Numbered from the whole stretch's first letter, positions 1-13,903 are shown. The stretch is DNA of 61,916 nucleotides, filler included, from Nemertoderma westbladi (GCA_032718475.1; 2 parts of 2 records of this genome joined end to end with filler, not necessarily neighbours in it); one strand, 5' to 3'. Made by a program: numbers and translations. The notes: a model not told the origin generated them from the sequence alone.

Positions 1-2657
1 CCCTCCCTTCTCCCCTCCCTTCTCCCCTCCATCTCCCCTCCCTTCTCCCCTCCCTTCTCCCATCCCTTCCCTTCTCCCCTCCCTTCTCCCCCCCATTCTC
101 CACTCCCCTTCTCCCCTCCCTTCTCCCCTCCCTTCTCACCTCCCTAATCCCCTCCCTTCTCCCCTCCCTTCTTCCCTCCCTTCTCCCCTCCATTCTCCCC
201 TCCCTTATCCCCTCCCTTCTCCCCTCCCTTCTCCCATCCCTTCCCTTCTCCCATCCCTTCTCCCCTCCCTTCTCCCCCCATTCTCCACTCCCTTCTCCCC
301 TCCCTTCTCTCCTCCCTTCTCCCCTCCCTTCTCCCCCCATTCTCCACTCCCTTCCCCCCTCCCTTCTCACCTCCCTAATCCCCTCCCTTCTCCCCTCCCT
401 TCTCCCCTCCCTTCTCCCCTCCCTTCTCCCTCCCTTCTCCCCTCCCTCTCTCCCCTCCCTTCTCCCCTCCCTTCCCCCCCCCTTCTCCCCTCCCTTCTCA
501 TCTCCCTATCCCTCCCTTCTCCCCTCCCTTCTCCCCTCCCTTCCCTTCCCTCTCCCCTCCCTCTCCCCCCTCCCTTCTCCCCTCCCTTATCACCTCCCTT
601 CTCCCTCCCTTCTCCCCTCCCTTCTCCCTCCCTTCCCTCCCTTCTCCCTCCCTTCTCCCCTCCCTTCTCCCCTCCCTTCTCCCCTCCCTTCTCCCCTCCC
701 TCCTCCCCTCCCTTCTCCCCTCCCTTCTCACCTCCCTTATCACCTCCCTTCTCCCCTCCCTTCTCCCCTCCCTTCTCTCCTCCCTTCTCCCTTCCCTTCT
801 CCCCTCCCTTCTCCCCTCCCTTCTCCCCTCCCTTCTCCCCCCTTCTCACCTCCCTTCTCCCCACCCTTCTCCCTCCCTTCTCACCTCCCTAATCCCTCCT
901 TCTCCACTCCCTTCTCCCCTCCCTTCCCTTCCCTTCTCCCTCCCTTCCCCCTCCCTTCTCCCCTCCCTTCTCACCTCCCTTCTCCCCTCCCTTCTCCCCT
1001 CCCTTCTCCCCTCCCTCCCCCCCTCCCTCCTCCCCTCCCTTCTCCCTCCCTTCCCCTCTCCTTCCCTTCTCCCTCCCTATCCCCTCCCTTCTCCCCTCCC
1101 TTCTCCCTCCCTTCTCCCCCCTTCTCCCCTCCCTTCTCCCCACCCTTCTCCCCTCCCTTCTCCCTCCCTTCCTCCTCCCTTCTCCCTCCCTTCTCCCCTC
1201 CCTTCCCTCCCTTCTCCCCTCCCTTCTCCCCTCCCTTCTCTCCTCCCTTCTCCCCTCCCTTCTCCCCTCCCTTCTCCCCTCCCTTCTCCCCTCCCTTCTC
1301 CCCCCCTTCTCCTCCTCCATTCTCCCCTCCCTTCTCATCTCCCTAATCCCCTCCCTTCTCCCCTCCCTTCTCCCCTCCCTTCTCTCCTCCCCTCCTCCCT
1401 TCCCTTCTCCCCTCCCTTCTCCCCTCCCTTCTCCCCCCTTCTCCCTCCCTTCTCCCTCCCTTCTCCCCTCCCTTCTCACCTCCTAATCCTCCCTTCTCCA
1501 CTCCCTTCTCCCCTCCCCTCCCTTCCCTTCTCCCCTCCCTTCCCCCCTCCCTTCTCCCCTCCCTTCTCACCTCCCTTCTCCCCTCCCTTATCCCCTCCTT
1601 TCTCCCCTCCCCCCCTCCCTCCTCCCCTCCCTTCTCCTTACCTTCCCCTCTCCATTCCCTTCTCACCTCCCTAATCCCCTCCCTTCTCCCCTCCCTTCTC
1701 CCCTCCTTCTCCCCTCCCTTCTCCCCTACCCTTCTCCCCTCCCTTCTCACCTCCCTAATCCCCTCCCTTCTCCACTCCCTTCTCCCCTCCCTTCCCTTCC
1801 TTCTCCCCTCCCTTCTCCCCTCCCTTCTCTCCTCCCTTCTCCCCTCCCTTCTCCCCTCCCTTCTCCCCTTCCCTTCCCTCCCCTCCCTTCTCCCCTCCCT
1901 TCTCCCCCTTCTCCCCTCCATTCTCCCCTCCCTTCTCATCTCCCTTCCCCTCCCTTCTCCCCTCCCTTCTCCCATCCCTTCTCCCATCCCTTCTCCCCTC
2001 CCTTCTCCCCTCCCTCCCCCTCCCTTCTCCCCTCCCTTCTCCCTCCCCTCTCCCCTCCCTTCTCACCTCCCTAATCCCCTCCCTTCTCCCCTCCCTTCTC
2101 CCCTCCCTTCTCCCCTCCCTTCTCCCATCCCTTCTCCCCTCCCTTCTCCCTTCTCCTCCCTCCCTTCTCCCCTCCCTTCTCCTCCACCCTTCTCCCCTCC
2201 CTTCTCACCTCCCTAATCCCCTCCCTTCTCCCTCCCTTCTCCCCTCCCTTCTCCCTCCTTCTCCCCTCCCTTCTCCCTTCCCTTCTCCTCCACCCTTCTC
2301 CCCTCCCTAATCCCATCCCTTCTCCCCTCCCTTCCCCCCTCCCTTCTCCCCTCCCTTCTCCCCTCCCTTATCCCATCCCTTATCCCCTCCCTTCTCCCCT
2401 CCCTTCTCCCTTCCCTTCTCCCCTCCCTCCCCCCCCCCCCCTTCTCCCCTCCCTTCTCTCCACCCTTCTCCCCTCCCTTCTCACCTCCCTAATCCCCTCC
2501 CTTATCCACTCCCTTCCCTCCCTTCTCCCTTCCCTCCCTTCTCCCCTCCATTCTCCCCTCCCTTCTCACCTCCCTTATCCCCTCCCTTCTCCCCTCCCTT
2601 CCCTTCCCTTCTCCCCTCCCTTCCCTTCTACCCCCCTTCTCCCCTCCCTCTCCCCCT
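1..2657. repeat. Polypyrimidine/polypurine satellite, ~12-bp unit (CTCCCCTCCCTT)n
   Basis: Almost pure C/T tract of about 2.65 kb with recurring CTCACCTCCCTAATCCC variants. It explains all the GGEK/REGR ORFs. Confidence 0.97.
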
Positions 2658-2739
2658 CTGTTATAATATATATAACTAAAGTAATATATATATCAACTGT
2701 TATTGAGTTTGATAACTATTGTGTAACTATTTCATTCAG

Positions 2740-2980
2740 TATCAACGAGCTCCGGGACCAGGTTACTGGCGACGATGTTCGCATCCGTAAAGCCTCGTAC
2801 GACGCCGGCCCCAAGGCCTCCTACGGATACGGGGGGGAGTTCGGGGTAGAGACAGACAAGGTTGATAAAACCTCAGAGGGTTGGGAGTACAAGGCCAAGG
2901 TGGAGAAGCACACCAGTCAGAAAGATTACAAAGTCGGATGGGGAGGCGAGTTCGGCGTGCAGACGGACAGACAAGATAAG
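2740..2980 (+). CDS. CTTN: Cortactin (HS1/cortactin repeat) internal coding exon
   Basis: Acceptor ttcattcag|, donor |gttggt. Translates INELRDQVTGDDVRIRKASYDAGPKASYGYGGEFGVETDKVDKTSEGWEYKAKVEKHTSQKDYKVGWGGEFGVQTDRQDK, matching the cortactin GPKASxGYGGxFGV motif and 37-aa repeats. Confidence 0.92.
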
Positions 2981-3318
2981 GTTGGTAAACAAGGTGTTAG
3001 TTGCTATATAGTCATATTGTATGTACGAGGTGTTTGTTATTATACACTTAGTAACTGTTCTTGGACTGATCCAGCATTGAATGCGTTCTGAAAACAGTGT
3101 TGTGTTGCCACAGTAACTATAACATGAATCCCAATAAACAAGTTGACAATGGATATATGCCGCACATAGATGAACGGATGAAACACGGTAAACTATGTAA
3201 ACCGAAAAACAGTGACATTCTACATCTATCATAAAACTTATTCTACTTCTAATTATGAAACAAGTTATTAATTATGTAATACGTATTTAAAATTACTCAA
3301 TAATACTGATATTAATTA

Positions 3319-3621
3319 ATGTGCAATTTCATAAAGTCTACTGGAGACCTAGATTTCGCATGCAATCACGAGCGAGCGATGCGTCACGAGCAGAGAGTCA
3401 GCGCTAAGATGCAGCATTACCGCGATGTGTGCGAGTCGACGAGGATGACATTTACACCACTTGTCGACACCGCGGAAGGCGTGTGGTGTAAGGAAACCGA
3501 GATCCTCATACATCACAAACTGAGAAACGAACTGCACGTTCTGGAACACGGTTTGAGACATTTATTAATAATACTTGCGACTTCTGACGGTAGATCGTTC
3601 CCTAACTACACAACGATTTGA
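3319..3621 (+). pseudogene. Possible remnant of a restriction-like-endonuclease (CRE/NeSL-type) non-LTR retrotransposon C-terminus
   Basis: AKMQHYRDVCESTRMTFTPLVDTAEGVW resembles the K..KY....F.PL...T.G.W motif of RLE LINEs. Confidence 0.4.
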
Positions 3622-3789
3622 AATAGAATACTTGCTTATCTCCAGTCTGGAAGACGTTTAAAAGGTTTATAAGAGTGCCGCCCTCTATTGCACCACACCG
3701 TATTAGCAAACGTAAAAAAATTGGTTAATCAACAAGTTGATGAAAAATATTGTAAGTCAATATTTGTACCGAAGTCAAAAAGGTGAGCT

Positions 3790-4690
3790 ACGGTATTCTA
3801 GAATATGGTGCACACGTAGGACTTATAGGCAGTAAGAATTGCGTTTAAATTACCAGTATGAAGGGGGAAACATATAAATATTATATTAACTATTTTGTAA
3901 GCCCTCTTTACCTGCTCCAGAAAATACAAATTAAACTTTAAATCACAACATATAGTTACACTAAGATCCCTACACGATGTATCATGCCTCAATTTTGTAC
4001 CATCGAGATGATATCCATTACGGGAATTCCAATCTATTCTGCCTGTACTGTTGATATGAAGCACCGAATATTTTTCTGCGCTGCAATTTTAATCTGCCAC
4101 AGCTGAGTCCATGAAGAGTTACAGTACAATTTCACGTCGTCTGCAAATAATTATTTACAACTGATATAATTATTGATATTATATTGATATAATTATAATT
4201 AATTACAACTGATATTATTAATGCAGATCTCCATAATCTTACAACTGACACACGTAGGGAGACAGGCCTATATATATAGACAGGTCTATAATTATAGGGA
4301 TTAGTATGATCATCTTCTTTTGAACAACGGTATAATTAAGACAGTGCGCCATATTGTAGGCAAAGCTCTTGCACAGAAAGATACATTAAAAACAATTGGT
4401 ATTGGAATAGATAAGCACCTTGGAAGTTTAGCAAAAATATAACTGGGTACTCCATCTGGAGTTCTACTCAATTTCCCATCTATAGTTGGATAAGCACTCA
4501 ATAATTAGCATCTGGAGTAAAATCAATAGAACATTTATTAACATTTTGCGGAAGTTTTCTGGGAAAATAAGGAACTGTTATTATCTCGTATAAAATATGT
4601 TTGCTCTCGTGATATCATCGATAATAATTTTACTATTAATCTTAAGAGCGGAAATGCCAGATTTAACTTTCCGCTTCGAGTTTACATAAT
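3790..4690 (-). mobile_element. Degenerate CR1-group LINE fragment
   Basis: Peptides SCRDLSVTICCDLKF, LTAYKSYV and ALPTIWRTVLIIPLFK are paralogous to the LINE at 15951-18517. Confidence 0.8.
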
Positions 4691-4695
4691 ATTTA

Positions 4696-5873
4696 GGATC
4701 TAGGACACTTCCCCCCCGGACACTTCCCCCCCGCCCAAGTAGGACACTTCCCCCCCGGACACTTGCCCCCCGGACACTTCCCCCCCAGTTAAAGTGTTAA
4801 AATTAATCTGGGTGCATCAAAGCAATAAACAAAAGTTAAAGATGGTTACAGGACAAGTTGTATCTAGACAAGTTTTTTCAAAATTATAAAAGAAACATTT
4901 TTATAGTCAAATTTTGTTTGTTTTTCTTTTAATTCCTTTAATTATTTTAATTTCTTTTAATTGGGGGCTGCCGCCCCCAAACCCCCGCTTCCTTTGTTGG
5001 GGGCTACCGCCCCCAAACCCCGCTTCTTTTCTTGGGGGCTGCCGCCCCCAAACCCCCGCTTCTTTTCTTGGAGGTTATCGCACCCAGACCCCGGCATTTC
5101 CCTGAGTGCCCGTGGTGAAAGACTTAAGACCATTTTAAAATGATTAATTCATGTTTGTATCATCAGATAATAAATTGACTAAGCCTAAAGTAGGAGCTGT
5201 ATTGAATGTTAACCAATTTAATATATAAATTATTACAATATTATATAATTCAACAAAATCCTATTAAAAATATTGCAAGTAACCAGGAAATTTAATATGC
5301 TGTGTGTATAATATCTATATAGTATGTATAGTAGTAATATGTATATCAATATGTAATGCTGAACACAGAATACAGGTCGACGCATGTCGATTTTACCCTG
5401 GAGAGGTATAATTTTGATTGCAACAATAATATTCATCCCCATCTGCTACAATTTGAAGAAGACTATTACATAATAATACCTATATTTAAAACAATTAATT
5501 ATTATAATTCTATAGTTAATAAAAACAGTATATCATTCCGGGGATGGAATTTATAGGTCATCTAATATAATTAATTGTTTAAAGATTAGCAAACAATACG
5601 ATGTAATTGCATTGATAAAACCCATAAATAAAACTTGGATATAAAATGTAAAATCGGGATGAAAAAGATCACTTTCTGAGCTACGAAAGGTAAATTGGAT
5701 ACAACTTATCTGGATACAAGCGGTCCGTTTACCTTAAAAATGAAAAATACGAATGTGCGAAGTTAAGAACAGTCGGGGGGGAAGTGTCCGGGGGGGAAGT
5801 GTCCGCGGGGGGGAAGTGTCTGGGGGGGAAGTGTCCGGGGGGGAAGTGTCCGGGGGGGAAGTGTCCGAACACC
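4696..5873. mobile_element. Non-autonomous TIR element with tandem-repeat TIRs (GG..CC termini, 8-bp TSD; MULE/Merlin/foldback-like)
   Basis: Left arm (GGACACTTCCCCCCC)n, right arm (GGGGGGGAAGTGTCC)n. Flanked by AATATTTA at 4688-4695 and 5874-5881. Internal GGGGGCTGCCGCCCCCAAACCCCCGC repeats at about 4963-5095. Confidence 0.8.
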
Positions 5874-6032
5874 AATATTTAAACATGCCCTCGGAACTGT
5901 CTGAGGCAAGGCAACCTTTACTAGTAAAGGTCGCCTTGGTCTCAGGACAGAAGTTTATTTTCTCGAATGCATGCAGCCCAATGTATAGCCTTCTTTACAG
6001 CCTTAGCTCTTGTCTACTGTTATGGGCCACTA

Positions 6033-6652
6033 ATGTGGGGCGAGACACGTAGTCGGCGAGCCTTGGCATACGGTTCATATAGGGCAAATGGGGCATGTCC
6101 GTCTGTCTGTCTGTCCGTCCGTCTGTCTGGTAAATGTTTGAACGCGAATTTCTCGGCATCGCTCGTTCGGAATTGAACCAAACTTAGTAGGTAAGTAGTA
6201 GAGAGAAAGTTTAGAAAGTTTGTAAAGTTTGGTGAAAAATCATGCAGTCTGACGTCAGCTACGACAGATTATGTGGTTTTTAGAAAATGTTAAATTTCTC
6301 GGGAACGCCTCATTTTCCTGAGCTGAAATTTTGGTTGCTTGTAGAGAATCATGAAGTCTATCTTTTACGAAATTGAAAAGTTAAGACATTTAATTGGGGA
6401 TCTGCTAGAGACTCAGAAGTAATGACATAGGCCTACCGGTACGGTACTGCTGTACAGTGCTGCACTGGTAAGTACGAAATTGAAGAATAACAATTTGACA
6501 CCACCTAGCGGATTAACATATGATTGTATATCGAATGAATACATTTATAGCATGGGATATTGGGTCCAAACTAGACATGCCCCATTTGCTCTATATGAAC
6601 GGTATGCCAAGGCTTGCCGACTACGTGCTGCGCGAAGTCCCCACGAACGTGT
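6033..6652 (+). mobile_element. HINE/DINE-1-like (Helentron-associated) non-autonomous element, copy 1
   Basis: Subterminal inverted repeat of about 53 bp (ACGTAGTCGGCGAGCCTTGGCATAC...GGGGCATGTC and its reverse complement) followed by a GTCT/GTCC microsatellite. Confidence 0.7.
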
Positions 6653-6675
6653 GTTATTATGTTATCTATTTATGT

Positions 6676-7287
6676 ATGTGGGGCGAGACACGTAGTCGGC
6701 GAGCCTTTGCATACGGTTCATATAGGGCAAATGGGGCATGTCCGTCTGTCTGTCCGTCTGTCTGGTAAATGTTTGAACGCGAATTTCTCGGCATCGCTCG
6801 TTCGGAATTGAACCAAACTTAGTAGGTAAGTAGTAGAGAGAAAGTTTAGAAAGTTTGTAAAGTTTGGTGAAAAATCATGCAGTCTGACGTCAGCTACGAC
6901 AGATTATGTGGTTTTTAGAAAATGTTAAATTTCTCGGGAAGGCCTCATTTTCCTGAGCTGAAATTTTGGTGGCCTGTAGAGAATCATGAAGTCTATCTTT
7001 TACGAAATTGAAAAGTTAAGACATTTAATTGGGGATCCGCTAGAGACTCAGAAGTAATGACATAGGCCTACCGGTACGGTACTGCTGTACAGTGCTGCAC
7101 TGGTAAGTACGAAATTGCAGAATAACAATTTAACACCACCTAGCGGATTAACATATGATTGTATATCGAATGAATACATTTATAGCATGGGATATTGGGT
7201 CCAAACTAGACATGCCCCATTTGCTCTATATGAAACGTATGCCAAGGCTTGCCGACTACGTGCTGCGCGAAGTCCCCACGAACGTGT
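6676..7287 (+). mobile_element. HINE/DINE-1-like element, tandem copy 2
   Basis: Near-identical head-to-tail duplicate of 6033-6652 with a shorter microsatellite. Confidence 0.7.
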
Positions 7288-7519
7288 AATTATCCATCTT
7301 ATAGTTAAAGGTTTTAGTTGTGTTGTTCAGCTGGTGATTGGGAGAGCGCTATTTCATTAAGTATTGGTGTTGGAGGCGGACAAAGTATCTTATTATTTGG
7401 TTAATAAAGATATAATTTTGTAATCTTTATTAGTTGTTCATTTCCCCTGTAGAACATCTACAAACATCTGTGTGATGTCTCAGCCACAGTCATTTCTTCT
7501 TTCTTTGCAAATCCGTAAC

Positions 7520-7885
7520 AAGAATCGGATGTTACCTTTTTTTTACTAAAAATTGTAAAAGGCACAAACTGATCTTTGGCAGTTTTTAAAACATTATAAG
7601 AAAAGCATCCCAATAATTATCTACATTTACACAGTCTTTGAATATATCAACCCAATTTTGGTTCTGAATAAAAATAGAAAAACCGAGAAAATTTACTTTT
7701 TTAAAATCATAGAAACCTGTATTTCCATTTTTAGAAATGAAAATGTGTTAGGTGCTAAAATACTGAAGAAAACACTATCATGATCGCTTGTACGAAAGGT
7801 CGTGCTTGTTTTTAAAATAAAGATACAAAAAAGTACTTTGATGTAAATACTAAATCAAGTACATGACCCAAACGAGTAGGCTTTA
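7520..7885 (-). mobile_element. Degenerate CR1-type APE endonuclease fragment
   Basis: Minus strand reads PTRLGHVLDLVF followed by an SDH motif. Confidence 0.65.
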
Positions 7886-8705
7886 GTTTAAATCGCGACC
7901 GACCTTTCTCAAATCTCATTGCTCTTTTCAAACATTACTACCCTTGCGTCTATACGACCTGACCTAACCAACACAAACGGCCCTTTCCAGGGCCAACATA
8001 TGAAATAAACAACCGTATCGCAACAGCGTATTAGCTTGTAATATATTATAGATTACATTAAAATAAAATACATCCCCTTCAAAGAACTTAATAAATAATA
8101 CCCACGCAATCCTAAAGGTGGCGCACAATACTGCTATACCGGTACCATTATTTATCTGATTTCAGGCTTGTTCAGATAGTGTAGTTCAAATGTCAAAGGT
8201 GCTACTACTACTACTACAGTAGGCCCTGCCCTACTAAATACCCCGAACCGCGGCTGCCCGGTAGGCCTATTCTAGTATTCAGTTGACAGGTTGCGGTTGA
8301 GGTTTTCTATTTTAAAGCTAATAAATAAATTATTAAATAGTACCGGTAGGCTATGTCATATACAATTCAATGATTACTGGAATTTAAAGGAGTTCAACAT
8401 TGTAATTATTATTTATATAGGCCTACCGGGCAGCCGGGTAATCAATAAAATAGAAATATAGGGCCTACATTGCTCAGTAGGGAACATATGCTTAAATAAG
8501 CAGTACGGGTCGCACTTCTTATTTACAGATCGCACTGCTTATTTAGGCAGTTTTACTCTAATTTTTGTGTTGTTTTGATGGTTTGACAGGTAGCAAATCA
8601 AAGGGGCCCCAATTTTTCTCCTCCAATGGGAACGTTTGTATACCCTGAGTCATATTTTGAAATCAGCAATTAATTCTGTCGTGTAGAAGTCAATATAATA
8701 GGCTT

Positions 8706-11700
8706 TAGTCAGGTAGACAGAGGGGTCCACCGTGACTTTGGGTCATCACGCATTTTTATTTGCTTAAACTTTTGTCGGACCTTAGAGTAATCAAAATCCG
8801 TCGGGTGCCACTTCGGCACCTTTGGGGAACTTTTTATAAAGCACTTAACCTAAGTTTCCATAGCAACTGGCATACAAGGTTTTATTTTGAGATATCTGCG
8901 ACCTTGCACCTATTGCCACAGCTCTTGTTAATTATTCTGAATAAGATTTCTAGAAGATTAGTTCCCATAGCAACATTATTAATAATAAATTTTGGCCTTT
9001 GGGATGTTTATTAAGATATGCCAACTATTAAACTTTAGATTATTTATGTAACTATTTATAAAAGCAAACAATTATCATCACTGGGGGGTTATTAATCACA
9101 TTTAGTTTTCATTTAATTAGATGAGTTTGTTTTTTCCTTTCAAATGCAAATTTTGACGTTTATCTATCCTACGATTGCAGAAAATAGGTACAGTAGATTC
9201 AATGTGCCATCATTCTTTACTGCGTACCTATCTGGGTATCTATCCCAAATATTCTCCATTACTGGTATTACGAAAGTGAATCAATCAGCTAGAAGAGTTG
9301 TATGTTTATTAAATTAATTATTTAAACGGAACATTGCTTTAAACATTGTATTTATTTTTACACTTTGAAGTGGTGCAGGTGCATATTGTAGTACATGGTA
9401 GAGCGGCTATTGAGCATCCGCATCGATTGGAAGAACAGGCACTTTCGGACTTGCAATTACAAGATATAGTTTTAAGGATCGAAATTGGGGCAATGGATGA
9501 GACGCCAGGATCCGGTATCAGTTTGTCATTGATCGCCATCCAACCAAACTTGTTAACAGCCAACAGTGGAGGTGCAGGATCATCAGCAGCTCTCCACAAA
9601 AGAACTTGCAAACGAGCCCGTTTTACATGTTGTACAGCAGCACTCTGTGTGGGGGGAAGGTTGAATACTTTAGGGTGTTGTTTCTTTGTAGTGAATAGCC
9701 TATGTCGAAGTTCATTCAGAGTTTCCGATATGCCACCACCATAGAGGTGTATAATGAACGAGAGGCCTATTTGTAGCCATTCTTCTTCTGTAACATTTGG
9801 ATCACAGAAAATCTGCAGAGATTCGTGCAACCTACACAGCAATTTGATTGCGTTCTTTTTTCCCTTCCCATATGGATATGATACTGTATCACAACCAGAT
9901 AAAGCGTGTAAAGAAAGGAGACCAGCACACTGATTTCCGAGTTTGATAGCAGTGGTGTTGATATTTATGATTTTCCCATTAAATCTACGTATGGAGAGTT
10001 GAACAGTTGGTTGATATAGCCAGAAGAAGAATACTGCTAGTACGAAAATGTCTGTATCATCTGTTGTTATTTGTATATGTCTGATGTTGTCATTATCAGA
10101 TAACTTTAACATGTAACTAATAATAGTAACATCAGCTTCTTCATGTTCGAATATATTATTAGAGTCCCCAACAAGGTGTAATGATTTATGTGTTGTATAA
10201 TTACACATCAATTGAATAAGATTTTGTTTATTGTTCACAGACTTCATAATAGTGTCTCTGGAAGGTATAATTGTTTCTAGTGATAGTTCATATTGTTGAT
10301 AACTGTTCGATTTATTACGCTTTTCCCTTTCTAAAGATTTAATGCTACCTGGAAAGTAACGATCAAATATTATATACGTTTCATGATGGTGTTCAGCTAC
10401 TGTATCTGTATATTTGCTGCAGTAGGCATCACAAAAAGCGGCTACAGATAACTTGTTGGTCCAATTAATATGGTATAGCGAAGCATTTCCATCAACTAGT
10501 TCCAAATCAACAGGGGGGAGTGGGTTGGCCCCATTTACTGCCAGAGTAACCAAATCAGTTTTCTTTCCAGAACGTAATTCACCATACTCATTGAATAGTG
10601 ATGGAGGTAATGGGCATAGTTCATAGCTAAATAATTCTAACAAATCAATATTGCGTTTCTGTGAGACAATCAGAAGTCTTGCGTATAATCTCTCCATATC
10701 ATAGGTCTTGCAACCATGTTTGCCACGTGTAGGTTTCAAATCCATAGTTAAAACTGAGCGTGTTATTCTCTGGTAGAAACCATTTGGGAGAGTTGATTTG
10801 AATGCCCTTGCCGACTCCAACCCCAACTTTACGGCGTTATCGACATTGACTTCTGGTGGAGCTATACGACCATTCACAATATTGATCAACTCATTAGTAT
10901 CATTAAAGCCAAATGGATCCCTGCACTATTTTAATGTTCGAAGTATACTGATTCTATAACCGGCATCAAGATGCCGCCACTTAGTGCCTTCCTCTTTATG
11001 TCGTCTTAAATCACCTTCACGATCTTCATCATCCTCCACTAACCCAGAATCAAACATGTTATCCACACCCAAGGCAAACATATTGCATATGTGGTGGGAT
11101 AACACCCAAATGGTCGACTGTTCTTGGGACAGAGTTTTCCCCTTCAATCCACCAAGTGACTTCCCCTTTCTTATGTAGGTCTGCTCCCCAAACTGGTCCT
11201 TCCAAACAGAGTTGCACATTCCCTCCTGATGTCTGCAAACAAAATCTCCTTCTATAAACGCATTGAGAGCATCACTTGGTAGACCTCGTTCCATTTCTTC
11301 AATATGCCAAGTAATGTACCTTGCATAATTCCAGTGACCAGAAGAAAAGAAATATGGTAACATCATCTTAAGTGCACACATATGTAGATTCCAATTCTCC
11401 GTGTTCTTAGCTCTGATGTAAACATGAATGATTGAAACTGGAATAATTAGGCAATCAACCCACAGTTTTCCAGTTCGAGACAATCGCATGTTATCTATTG
11501 ATTTTCTAACAGTTACCAGTGAACTACATGGGTTAATTATATCTTTAAGTAGACCACTCACAACCATTCGCAAACCTCGTACTGCTTTAGGCCAAGCTTT
11601 GCCATTCAACATGCTACTGACACCCTTGAAATTTGACATACCTAGAATTTCCTCATTTAGCTGAATTCATTTTCAACACAACTAAAACCGGGCACTACTA

Positions 11701-12841
11701 CAGTATAGATAATAGATCTAATTATTATTGAGATTTCCAACGAATTGTCAACGGAGGAGGGTGCAATTAAATTAGCATAATCGTATGGCCTTTTGCCAAC
11801 CGGTAATGACAAATATTTATTTGAACTGTAACCATAGCAACAATAACATAATATCTGGAATTATTTAATAAAATTAGATTGTAGCTGTAATGGAAATATA
11901 AAAGAATTGCATAATTTTGAAAACAAATTTTTTTTAAATAATAGCTAACTTGGAAAATCACTAGCTAGCCTGATAATTTGTATTTTTTAATGTTATAGAT
12001 AAATAAACTATTTATTACACATAATAACTAATTTTTATTTTAAAATGTTCTAGAACAAAAAATATTTGTTCTAGAACATAATTTTTTTTCCTAACAATAG
12101 CTGACATGAAATAAAATAGTTCTAAATAAAAGTAGCAAAAATTAGTTATAGTAAATAAAATATGGTCATGGGTATACATACTGCAGTAGTGCCCTAAAAG
12201 TGCTACCAATAATAAAAAACGTTAGTTATGTAAAATACAAAACAAGTTACGTAATATTATTTTTTTTTATTTTATGAATAATTGTGCTGCTGTGTGCTGC
12301 CATAAAAATACTAGCTATATCAATTTCAATAAATAAGACTAATCACCAATAAAATGTGTGTGTAAACCAAGTTAAATTACGAGGCGGTAGGCAATATATA
12401 AACGAAGCGGTTAACGAAACGGCGGTGAACAATAAACAAAACAAACGAGCATAGGCGTAGGCCTACGGTACCCCTACATACCGTTAGACGATTTGCCAAA
12501 TATGGGTAATCAAAGCTTTCATATCATAGCTAAGTATACTGAAATTACAGTACATTCAGATCTAAACATATACAGATATACGTAGTTGTTTATCTCTGTT
12601 CTAGAACACTTAATTTAATTACTCCAGTAACAAACGTTTATAATTTAATGTAATTTTTGGAATAGATTGACTAATTTGTACTTGTATTTTATGCTGTAAA
12701 AAAAATTCCCCAAGGTATCCCAACTGGCACCCAGTGAATATTTACATTATTACTATCAGGGAAGACATTGAGAAAATAAAATTGCGTGATGACCCAAGTT
12801 CACGGTCCTCCCTTGAGCTCTATTGAGCGTCTACTGGACTA
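8706..12841 (-). mobile_element. AcademX DNA transposon (internally deleted)
   Basis: TAG..CTA termini, imperfect ~130-bp TIRs (TAGTCAGGTAGAC...CCGTGACTTTGGGTCATCACGCA), 3-bp TSD CTT at 8703-8705 and 12842-12844. Encodes Academ transposase part, XPG-like domain and Cys-rich tail. Confidence 0.88.
9339..11639 (-). pseudogene. Academ transposase-XPG nuclease-Cys8 protein, N-terminally deleted, one in-frame stop at 10926-10928
   Basis: The two ORFs share a frame. Motifs WNLHM..MLPYF.SGHWNYARY, DQFGEQT..KSLGGL, HEEADV, DDTDIFVL, HALSGCDTVS.YGKGKK, LPPT and terminal CNC..C...RCGC...CT..CTC. Confidence 0.85.
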
Positions 12842-13146
12842 CTTCTACTATGAAGCAGTAGTTCCAATATCCCCTGGAATACTTTCTGACGAGGCGCACT
12901 TCCTAAATAAGAGTTTTGGCTTGTTTATAAGCAGTGCGATCTTAACCAAGTTTGTAGTTACTTCTTAAATAAGCAGTGCGGGGTTGTTATAACTTCTGCT
13001 GGTTACTTCTTAAAGAAGCAGTTTTTTATCTACTCACTCATTTTTTATCTACTCACTCATATACCTATGAACCTATCTGACTAAAATAGTTAATTTATGG
13101 GTATCAAATAAACCTGTCAGCCTGTACCGGTAATACTAATGTATAT

Positions 13147-13834
13147 GTGAGTCGCCCATTGCTTGTAAATTGTAATAATGATGAAACACCTTCTGAAAGC
13201 GAAGCCTCGACAAAACCAAAATTTAAGAAGCAGTGTAGGTCGTGTTCTGGTACCACTGGACTTATTAATTTAAGTTCTTCGAAAACTCATGGAAGATTTC
13301 AGAAAACTATGATCAACATTTATCACAAACAAATTTGTTACGTGTTGAAATCTTTCTATTCGTTATCATATATAACGAATAGAAAGATTTCAACACGTAA
13401 CAAATTTGTTTGTGATAAATGTTATGAATTGTCAAGATCTCAAATTCATACTGAAATTGACTCAGACGTAGATGCATCCACACAGCCACTCATTCTGACC
13501 TTCAAATCTTAAAGTCCTCAATTATGTCAACAGCCAAGTCGTTGAAAGTGAATTTCTCACTTCAAGAGAGTGTTTAGAATTTGTTGACAAGAAAGTTATG
13601 GATTTCTCTTGCTCTTTGAGTAATTTAGAAAACCTTGATGAAGCTACTGATTCGCAATGCTTCTCGATATTAAAAACTATAGAGCAGCTGCTTTGTTACT
13701 TGTCAAATAAAACCTTTGTGGGTCCAATGTCATTTCAACAGAACTTTAACATGTATGTTATCTCGCATTGTAAAACTGCAATTCAGATAAATAGTTGTGG
13801 CACCCCAAATGGAAGGAAGTCTTACATTAATTAA
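13147..13834 (+). pseudogene. Fragmentary transposase-like N-terminus of the outer TIR element
   Basis: CRSC...CDKC putative Zn-binding pair and broken ORFs lying between the TIRs. Family not determinable by eye. Confidence 0.4.
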
Positions 13835-13903
13835 GAACTGCCTCACCTTTGGTTGAAAACAGCTTAGAAAATAGCTTTAAGAAACGCAGTCTTAATTATC
13901 ATA

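Noticed and set aside
144-2316. GGEK/REGR low-complexity ORFs
   Set aside because: They are translations of the C/T satellite.
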